Sequence record: NW_023502969.1
Strand: one strand, 5' to 3'
DNA length: 32,000 nucleotides
Of this stretch, positions 24,961 to 32,000 are shown in pieces. Positions within the stretch are counted from its first letter, which is position 1. Every line of letters begins with the position of its first letter. The notes below the pieces were generated by a model, which searched no databases, was not told where the DNA came from, and saw only the letters and a list, made by a program, of their open reading frames with translations. Position numbers and translations under genes: made by a program.

Positions 24961-26952
24961 ATGGGTAAAGATAAGTCACAGCTGCCTTTCAAACTAGGAG
25001 ACATGAACAACTCCACATCGCGTTCAGCTACTAAGTCTTCTTTTGACAGTTGCAAGGAAGAATTCACTCCAGTGAACCGGTCCATTTTGTCCGCCAGCTC
25101 GTTGGCCGCCTCGGTTGACTCAGCATCCACTGTTAAGACTGTATGTGGATCATCGAGTGCGTCAAACCCGGCACCTTCACCTACAACAATGCCAACGGTT
25201 GATCGAGGGGCATCGACCACATCCCACACATTATCCTCAGGAATGTTTGCACACGTCCTGCTGACAGCTTCAGCTGCTAAACCTGTGATCTCTCCGACTG
25301 TGTCAAACCCAGGGCTTTCACCTACAACAGTACCCACAGCTGGCCATGAGACAACGCCCACATCGCAGCCATCACATCTAGAGATGCCAGTGAGTGTACC
25401 GAGGACAGCTCCTGCTGCTAAAACTCTGATATTATCTCACACCGCGTCTTCGAGTTTGCCATCGCCAGCATCTATCAACACACCCAAAATAGCTCTGTCA
25501 TCTTCAGCTTCGTCACATGAATCGACAAATGGGCTAGTCCCAGCAGCTGCATCTTTGACAACGCCACCGACTGGATCATCTTCAACAACAACTCCCGTCT
25601 TTGATTCTGGGTCCCAAGCCGCTAGATCGTACCCTTTCGGTCTGTCGATATTTGCAGCTCGTACTCCAGCAACAAAGGTGCCCAAAACACCAATGTTTAC
25701 TTTCGGCGAACCATCAGTCACTATCCCTGCCAACGCAGGAACACTTGCAAGAGCGCCCGTTCTTGGTCAATCGTCAGGTTTTATGTTTGCCACCCCAGGA
25801 TCAAATGCGCAGAAAGAGAACGCGACCCCGAACTCACTGTCAGGGGCATCTCCAGCCGTGGACTCAGCGCCTTCCGGATCAGCAGCTTTCACGAGTAGTC
25901 AGTCGAGTAATATGCGCTTAGAATCACCACTCCAGACATTTCCAGCGCCAGTACCAGCAGCATCGCAGCCCGCAATATCCATAAGTAGCGCGCCGGCTGC
26001 CACATCGTTCACATGGCCCAACCAAGGTACAGCAACCGGATCCGCAGTTTTCAAAACGCCATCCACAGCCGACTGCACGGCATCATTGCTGGTCAAGCAG
26101 CTCCAAGCCCAGATACAACCCTTGAAACAGAGGACGCTGCTAGAGGGACTCCTTGCCCACTTCACCATTCCAGACGCTGTTTTCCTCAAAGATGACCATA
26201 GATGCCACGTATGCCTGGAACCTTTTTTGACGGGTAGTAGCCCCGAGCTGCCAATAAAGTTGCCATGCGGACACATCTGTGGCTCCGTGTGCATCCTTAA
26301 ATGGCTAGCCCCGCAAGAAGCTCGCCCGCGAGAGAAGAATTGTCCTGTTTGTCGCAAGCCAATCTACGGTATTCAGTGCGCTTCGGAGTGGAATGCGCTT
26401 TCTTCTCTAGAGAAAAGTATGCTAGGAATGGCGGGGAAACTGCAAGCAATGGTGACAGCTCCGGATGAAGCCCCGAATCAGAATCAGAGCCTCGGCCTGG
26501 CGGTCACACAACCAATGGAGGCTGAGATACCTGTGGCTTGGGGAAAAAGACGAATTTTACAAGTGGGGCCAGGGCATGATGAGATGCAATGGAATGCGTG
26601 GATACATTTCCTCGAGGAGCTTGTCAGTTACGTGGAAACTGCTGACGAGTGGCATCTCTGGTATACTCGACGACAACTCGTCATCCCGATAATCAACATG
26701 ATATTCGTTCTTACCTTCATCGATATGAAGAAGAAAGGATCTGTGTGGGTATCTCGAGTGATCGGGGAAGTTCCGGAGCTGTATCTGCCTCTGCATTCAT
26801 TTTTAGATGGAGCTCACCCGCACTATCACTTGGCAACTCCCAGAGAGGAGCACTACAGGGAAACCGCTGACTATCATGCGAGGATCGAGGCTAGAGGGCG
26901 TTCTTTGTCGAGCGGTTCCTTATCGGCGTACATGGCTTGGAACTCCAGATAG
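24961..26952 (+). CDS. RING-finger (C3HC4-type) protein, candidate E3 ubiquitin ligase, with a long S/T/P/A-rich low-complexity N-terminal region
   Basis: This is a single uninterrupted 663-aa ORF (ATG at 24961, TAG at 26950-26952). All other ORFs within 24927-26870 are overlapping shadow frames. Residues 415-464 read CHVCLEPF..LPCGHICGSVCILKW..CPVCRKPI. Residues 1-400 are low complexity with a ~47-aa internal repeat (SNPxxSPTTxPT; nt 25161 vs 25302). There is no signal-peptide-like N-terminus. Introns are not excluded. Confidence 0.85.
   Translation: MGKDKSQLPFKLGDMNNSTSRSATKSSFDSCKEEFTPVNRSILSASSLAASVDSASTVKTVCGSSSASNPAPSPTTMPTVDRGASTTSHTLSSGMFAHVLLTASAAKPVISPTVSNPGLSPTTVPTAGHETTPTSQPSHLEMPVSVPRTAPAAKTLILSHTASSSLPSPASINTPKIALSSSASSHESTNGLVPAAASLTTPPTGSSSTTTPVFDSGSQAARSYPFGLSIFAARTPATKVPKTPMFTFGEPSVTIPANAGTLARAPVLGQSSGFMFATPGSNAQKENATPNSLSGASPAVDSAPSGSAAFTSSQSSNMRLESPLQTFPAPVPAASQPAISISSAPAATSFTWPNQGTATGSAVFKTPSTADCTASLLVKQLQAQIQPLKQRTLLEGLLAHFTIPDAVFLKDDHRCHVCLEPFLTGSSPELPIKLPCGHICGSVCILKWLAPQEARPREKNCPVCRKPIYGIQCASEWNALSSLEKSMLGMAGKLQAMVTAPDEAPNQNQSLGLAVTQPMEAEIPVAWGKRRILQVGPGHDEMQWNAWIHFLEELVSYVETADEWHLWYTRRQLVIPIINMIFVLTFIDMKKKGSVWVSRVIGEVPELYLPLHSFLDGAHPHYHLATPREEHYRETADYHARIEARGRSLSSGSLSAYMAWNSR
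26203..26352 (+). other. RING-finger-coding segment of the CDS
   Basis: The spacing is C-x2-C-x17-C-x-H-x-C-x3-C-x16-C-x2-C (aa 415-464). All eight zinc ligands are present. The central spacing is H-x1-C-x3-C instead of the canonical H-x2-C-x2-C. Confidence 0.8.
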
Positions 26953-27629
26953 ACGACAGAGACTGGACTAAGCACACTCTTTCTGATATGAATCAATCCT
27001 GTCAATACAATAGTGACGACCACATAATTTTACCGCAACCATCTTCTTATTTGGCACGAGCTTACTGCTAGTTGCAGACACGTCCAGTCACTCTCCCCTG
27101 AATACATCCGAAGCCTTCGTTCCCACCCTTTGGTCCGTTCCGCGGAGACTGCGCCTCTTCTTGCCGCACTCAAGTGTCCTACTGCACAGATACATGTAGG
27201 CGGGCGTGGGGATACTCATAAATTGCCCAAGGTAAAAATACGAGGCGCTTTCACTTCGTCCCTCACGTATAACGTGCTGAAGGGTGAACTACTATGCAGG
27301 ATCTGTAACTATCACTCTTAATATGTCGTACGGGAAATCTTTGGCGACGTGTTTACACATACTTCCAGCTAAAGCTCCCATTGATCGGGTCCTTCCTGCC
27401 TATAGCGCTGACAAATCATCTAGAAACGTTCTATCATCACCCCATCGTCCTGTCGAAAATGAGAGCTCTTGACTCTATCTGAACTATGTCCAGTCAATGA
27501 TATACAATCTGTATCAGCAACTTTTCAGGGCTTCTTACCATTCGAGTAGGAAACCTTTTCAGCAAAGTTCTCTACAATATGCTTTGTTTTCTTGGTGTGT
27601 GAGTCAATCTGAACGTGCTGCAGAACTCT

Positions 27630-29527
27630 CTAACAGCCCGTGTCTTGATAAGGCCATAGCTTTGAAAGAAAAAAATCAGCATCGACCTCAGCAGTCTCGA
27701 TGAAGACATTGCGGTAGTCGTCAATAACAGCTTTCGTCTGAGCGAACTCTGTGGGATCCACTATTCCATCCGTCGACAAAGATCATCATCTTTGAGAAGT
27801 TCCAGTATAGCCCCAATCCCTTTTTGATTCTCTTCTTCGTATGCATGCAGTGACAACTCCTCTTTGCTAAAGTTGATAGGGCATTTACCAGAGAAAGGGC
27901 ATAGCTCTGTCCAATGTTCCTTGATTTCAATCAAAGCTTTGCGAAGATAGAGTAGTTTATCGCTATCCCATAGCCCCAAAGCTAGTCGGGTCGGTCGCCT
28001 ATGAAGGTCCAGGTTATCAAGTTTAAGGGCAGTCTAATGGCACGGATTCTTGATAGTAATTCTAGTTCATAGAACCCTGACATGCTTCGCTCTGTCTCAC
28101 AACTTCAATTCGCATTCTTTCATCCTGAGGAAGAGTGGCATAGTCGTCAGGTAGTTCGGACAGTTGGGCACCTTCTAACATGGTCCCCGGATCCTCGAAT
28201 GCGCGAGGTATACCGGATTGGTAATAGAGAGGTAGCATAGCCGAATATTGCGAATCTATTATACAGGTGATTTTTTTCAATTTGGGATCAACAAAAATGT
28301 TGTCCAGATGCAGATCAGGGTGTCAAAGCGTTGACGATCTTATATCTTCCGAGGTTTCAGATCCTTGCACTGGTATCATGACGTTGGCAATTTTGAGATA
28401 GCGCTTTGGTAGTGAAACTGGGTCGCTGGGACACTGCGGCTGTGTAGAGGACTCGTAGAAGTTCATTCGAGGATATGAATGTTGCTCGATGTACGAAATT
28501 TCATTCTTAGCCATAGCTTCAACGAACGCAAGTGAGGTAATGTTTGCCAGTTTGAAGCATTAATGCGCGAGCGGTAGGGACATGGCGATCACTCACAGGG
28601 TCCTCGGTGTGAACTAGAGATTCCATGGTCATCGCACCAAAGGTTATCCATGACAAGCGGACTCAGTCTGGATTCATCCGTCTTAGAACTAGGCAGCGTT
28701 GTTGTCGTTGAAAGTGTTTCCCCGGGGGCCATATCTGCTGCGACATAGACGCAGTTTGACCTGTTTAAATGCGGTAGCTGCAAGCCGCCGTTCAATTTCC
28801 ACGATTTGTGAGATGATGCCAAGCTTGCTGACCACGGGCCACTGGTACCACAGTCTACCCAAGCGCTCTCCTGACGCTGTCTCCTCTATGATATACTCAG
28901 CACCGACTGGACTGTCTGGATAAGCAGACTAAGTCAGGCACCGAGGCGTTGGAACTTTCAACACATCTAGAGGCTTTCCCATGGATGTCAGAGCTACATA
29001 ACCCGAGATCAGCAAGACAAAAACTCACGAACTTGCGCGTAGCAACTTCAGATGCAGTGATGTAGTGTTTAGGCTCTGTCGCTCGGCAAGGAAGTTTTGC
29101 AAATACTTTAGATCCATTGTCCATCGTCATAATGAAAGCTCTGTTGTATGGCCCTTCTTGGCATTTCAAAACCTTGGTACCTGACAACCAGTCAACAGGA
29201 CGCCAACAGACGACGATGGTGTAAGAGATGTTACAGTAACACGCGCCGCGAGCGTGGACTGTGGTCACAGCTACCTTGATGAGCTGCTCCAGATCAAAGC
29301 TGAGATATCTGCTTGAGAACTGTTTTGCTTCATTGCTTCTACAAGCATTGCGTCATGAAAAGGTTGAACATATGGCTCACATCCAGCGGTTCCTCGTGTA
29401 GCGGTATAGCCGTTCCTCTGTAATTTCTTCCTCAACTGAGAAGAATGTGAGCCCTCGCGAAGGGGTTGCTAGACGTTAGGATGGGCTTATAAGAATCACC
29501 ACGGCGCTCACCAAGCAGCAGGGGCAT
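27630..29527 (-). pseudogene. Pseudogene of a fungal APH-family (aminoglycoside-phosphotransferase-like / AIM9-like) kinase-fold protein
   Basis: With five short introns removed, the minus-strand conceptual translation stays in frame from ATG 29525-29527. Introns: 29469-29511 GTGAGC..CTAAC..AG; 29339-29380; 29181-29234; 28974-29028 GTGAGT..CTGAC..AG; and the least certain one, 28517-28596. The 5' half reads MPLLLATPSRGLTFFSVEEEITEERLYRYTRNRWISNEAKQFSSRYLSFDLEQLIKVAV..CQEGPYNRAFIMTMDNGSKVFAKLPCRATEPKHYITASEVATRKFPLDVLKVPTPRCLT*SAYPDSPVGAEYIIEE. Family motifs present: RYT..RW, ASEVAT, PVGAEYII, HPDLHLDNIFVD (28287-28322), IIDSQ, CPINFSKEE, WPYQD C-terminus. Disabling lesions: TAG at 28929-28931 and TGA at 28323-28325, both where the family has Trp; TAG at 28034-28036; frameshifts near 28760, 28050, 27790 and 27770. 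The terminal stop is at 27630-27632. Confidence 0.8.
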
Positions 29528-29929
29528 CCGCACTTGATTCTTAGATGATGCTATCTTCAAGCCACGAAGCCTCTGTGCCGTATGTCAGAGTAGTACTGAA
29601 GTGAGTCTCGGTGAAGAACAGATCATAGTATTGACAGGTGAAAATATTCGAAATCTATTGATTAGTACTCGCAAACAGTGAGGCCATACAGAAATGAAGC
29701 ATGCACAAGTAGATATGTAGATATATGATTGGGCATATCCAACACTGGGGTAGCTAAGACCTTTCTGGACATGCAAATAACCAGAAAAACTCCCCTGTCT
29801 AAGCGACATACCCTGGAGTGAAAATGAAGCTATGTATAGGTGTGGGTGGGAGGGAGAACAATGATATGGCTCTGAAAGAGAACAATTCGAATGAAGAGCC
29901 CACTACTGGTGCAGTGGCCATACAAATTG

Positions 29930-30115
29930 TTGGAATCTGCTGCAGTATCATAGTGTGTTGTAGCTACCCCGCAGGTGGCAAATTAGCATAGGCTTCACAT
30001 AGTATTTAAGTAGCCTATATATCACTCCATAGCTAATTAATTCTTTAATCTCTCTTTAATTTCAATAGATTATAAGCTCTCGCGCTACTACTACGCAGTA
30101 GTCAATTATTAATTT
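29930..30115 (+). repeat. Pristine (unmutated) copy of a ~190-bp segment that recurs in mutated form at 31400-31605
   Basis: 'ttggaatctgctgcagtatcatagtgtgttgtagctaccccgcaggtggcaaattagcataggcttcacatagtatttaagtagcctatatatcactccatagctaattaattctttaatctctctttaatttcaatag' compared with the 31400 copy. Every difference is C->T or G->A in the second copy. Confidence 0.85.
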
Positions 30116-30266
30116 AATCTTAATTATATTTAACGAATTATTATAGTCTTAATCGTATTTAACGGATCATTACAGTCTTAGCCGTACTTAACGGATCATT
30201 ACAGTCTTAGCCGTACTCAACGGATCATTACAGTCTTAGCCGTACTTAACGGATCATTACAGTCTT
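30100..30266 (+). repeat. 29-bp tandem array, about 5.5 units
   Basis: The unit is 'ttaacggatcattacagtcttagccgtac'. It lies at 30159-30187, 30188-30216, 30217-30245 (tcaac variant) and 30246-30266 (truncated). The unit at 30130-30158 ('ttaacgaattattatagtcttaatcgtat') and a partial one at 30104-30129 differ only by transitions. Confidence 0.9.
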
Positions 30267-30465
30267 CAGGCCCCCATAGAGTGGTCTGTCATTCAGTCAT
30301 TTCAGGCCCCACAGAGTGGTCTGTCATTAAGTCATTTCAGGCCCCACAGAGTGGTCTGTCATTCAGTCATCAGGCCCCCACAGAGTGGTCTGTTATTCAG
30401 TCATCAGGCCCTATAGAGTGGTCTGTTATTCAGTTACCAAGGCCCTATAGAGTGGTCTAATATAA
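30267..30465 (+). repeat. 33-36-bp tandem array, 6 units, abutting the 29-bp array
   Basis: The unit 'caggcccc(c)acagagtggtctgtcattcagtcat(tt)' starts at 30267, 30303, 30338, 30371, 30405 and 30438. The last two units show cacagag->tatagag and ctgtcatt->ctgttatt->ctaatata. Confidence 0.9.
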
Positions 30466-32000
30466 TTAAAATATCTATAATAAAAGATATTAAAATCGAA
30501 CTTCTTAGAAAATAGAATTAAGACTTCTAGTTCGTTAATATACGAGTAGAGCTCCGTTTAAAGAAACTTTAGAAATATATTTAGAGTCTTTATATCGAGG
30601 ATACTTCGAAAGAGAATAATTTTATCGCAGTCGTTAAGAAGAAAAAGAAGGCGATTAAGAATTAAGAGTAGAAATTTTAAAAAGCGACTAATTTTATAAC
30701 TTTAACGATTAGTTTAAATATTTAATAGAAGCTTATAAAGATCGAATTTAATAACGACTATCTTATACTTATAAGACTTCAAATCGTACTTTAATTTATA
30801 GAATTCTTTAAATTTATATATCTTTTAAAAGAATATTACACGCTTTAATTTAAAGTATTTAAAATAATATTTAAGTATCTTACTTATATTAAGATTCTCG
30901 AAAAGAAAATCGATATTATAAAGATTATACTCGATATAAATAATCGTATAATTCTCTATCTCTTTATATTATTACTATAAGAGTATTAATATCTTATTTA
31001 AATTTAAACTATTACGTCTTTAATTACGACTAAAAAAGTACGCTAAATAATTCTTAAGACTAATTATTAATATAATTAAGCTCTCTATAACTTTTATTTA
31101 ATTATTTAAGTAAATAAGACTACTTAAAAAGAGAAATACGAGTACTATAAATTTATTAATTATTTTAATAGAAAATACTATATTAAATATCTAGAATTAG
31201 TCTCGAATTAATTGAAATAGAAGATAAAAGAGTTAATAAAAGATAAAGAGAAGGGTATAGAATAAGTATAGAAATTTTAAGCGAAGTTAATTACAGTTAG
31301 AAGTAACGACTTCGTAGATTATAGTAATATATATATCTCGGCATAAAGGCTATATTATATTATGAAAGTATAATTAATAATACTATATTATAAGAGTATA
31401 TTAAAATCTACTATAGTATTATAGTATATTATAGCTATCCCGTAGATAGTAAATTAGTATAGACTTTATATAATATTTAAGTAGTCTATATATTACTTTA
31501 TAGCTAATTAATTCTTTAATCTTTTATTAATTTCAATATAAATAGATAGTACTCGCTATGGTCATCTATCTCTCTACTATCGTATAGTCGTATAATAATG
31601 AAACGATTAATTAAATAGCTATTAACGCTATGATCTTATAATAAACCCACTAATCTATAGTTCTACTATTACGAATTTTGCTAAGCTAGTACTATCTCGC
31701 GTAACGTTTCATGAAAACTATACGTATAAATAAGTTCTAAATAATAATTAGCTAGATCTTAAGACTCAGCCGTATATAGATAGCGATCTACTATATAGCT
31801 TAGCCCTAGAAAAACTCCCTCTATATAAGATAGAAGATCTAAAGTCTAAGTATAAGAAAACGCTAAAAAATAAAGCGCGGGTAAGTAGGAAAAGTTTAAA
31901 AAACCTCTTTTTGCGATAAGAGAAATAAGAATAAAGAGTAAGAAATAGAGAGGATATCGTTTATTTAAAGCTCTTTTAATATAATAATCTTAGCTATTCT
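30466..32000. repeat. RIP-type degenerated AT-rich block to the right of the island
   Basis: There is the same CpA/TpG depletion with retained CpG (many tcga/acga). There is no ORF of 60 aa or more in the track. It contains the mutated paralogue of 29930-30115. Confidence 0.75.
31400..31605 (+). repeat. RIP-mutated copy of 29930-30115
   Basis: 'ttaaaatctactatagtattatagtatattatagctatcccgtagatagtaaattagtatagactttatataatatttaagtagtctatatattactttatagctaattaattctttaatcttttattaatttcaatat'. The offset from the pristine copy is +1470 bp, in direct orientation. Confidence 0.85.

Noticed and set aside
24927-26870. Eight additional ORFs overlapping the RING gene on both strands (for example 24927-25361 -, 25899-26357 -, 25601-25921 +)
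   Set aside because: All are nested in or antisense to the 663-aa ORF. They are typical shadow frames of a GC-rich, low-complexity coding region, and none has a recognisable motif.
27130-27703. Three short plus-strand ORFs (63, 62 and 68 aa) in the convergent intergenic region as a gene or pseudogene
   Set aside because: They are in different frames with no recognisable motif on either strand. The last one is antisense to the C-terminus of the APH pseudogene. This could be 3' UTR or an unrecognised relic, but nothing supports a call.
28699-28923. 74-aa plus-strand ORF, and the 74-aa minus-strand ORF at 29585-29809
   Set aside because: The first is antisense to clearly homologous APH coding sequence. 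The second lies upstream of the pseudogene ATG and its sequence has no motif I recognise. There is no support for either.
23154-31400. Similar offsets (about 1444 bp on the left, 1470 bp on the right) between each island-edge segment and its mutated paralogue outside the island, as a sign of a symmetric element with terminal structures
   Set aside because: The two intervening segments (23200-24385 and 30466-31400) show no direct or inverted similarity to each other by eye. The left pair also differs by transversions. The similar offsets are most likely coincidence.
1-32000. Fungal mitochondrial genome or NUMT, because of the extreme AT richness and GC clusters
   Set aside because: There are no mitochondrial genes, rRNAs or tRNAs. 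The AT bias is dinucleotide-specific (loss of CpA/TpG), as in RIP. The island carries nuclear-type genes with spliceosomal introns and standard-code ORFs.

Overview
This looks like nuclear DNA from a filamentous ascomycete (inferred from the mutation footprint, the intron style and the gene families). It has a two-compartment layout.

(1) AT-rich blocks: 1-23587 and 30466-32000 are extremely AT-rich and ORF-free. They carry the classic footprint of repeat-induced point mutation (RIP). CpA/TpG are almost gone, TpA is everywhere, and residual C/G sit mainly in CpG or CpT/ApG. These blocks are a mosaic of old duplications:
- a segment of at least 4.2 kb present twice (1-4230 vs 15835-20070)
- a 314-bp satellite (9215-11028, about 5.8 units, with alternating A/B variants)
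- a ~1.7-kb unit repeated at 12195-14700, with a dispersed piece at 8195-9190
- 176-bp and 216-bp tandem units
- an inverted repeat with ~320-bp arms (21100-21420 / 22556-22880)

(2) GC-normal island: 24596-30465 is about 50-55% G+C by eye and holds two convergent genes.
- 24961-26952 (+) is an intact 663-aa ORF. It has a long S/T/P/A-rich, probably disordered N-terminus followed by a C3HC4-type RING finger.
- 27630-29527 (-) is a spliced APH/AIM9-like phosphotransferase gene that is now a pseudogene. Five short GT..AG introns restore frame. It still has at least 3 in-frame stops, two of them at conserved Trp positions, and at least 3 frameshifts.

(3) Mini-island: 23588-24204 is a separate 617-bp GC-rich, non-coding, hairpin-dense segment. 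It shows no RIP although both of its flanks are RIPed.

Island edge: the right edge carries two abutting tandem arrays (29-bp and ~35-bp units, 30100-30465). It also carries a ~190-bp segment that is present once pristine (29930-30115) and once, 1470 bp further right, as its exact C->T/G->A product.

I found no rRNA, no foldable tRNA, no CRISPR and no prokaryote-style operon. The species cannot be assigned. All identities and G+C values are by-eye estimates, not computed.
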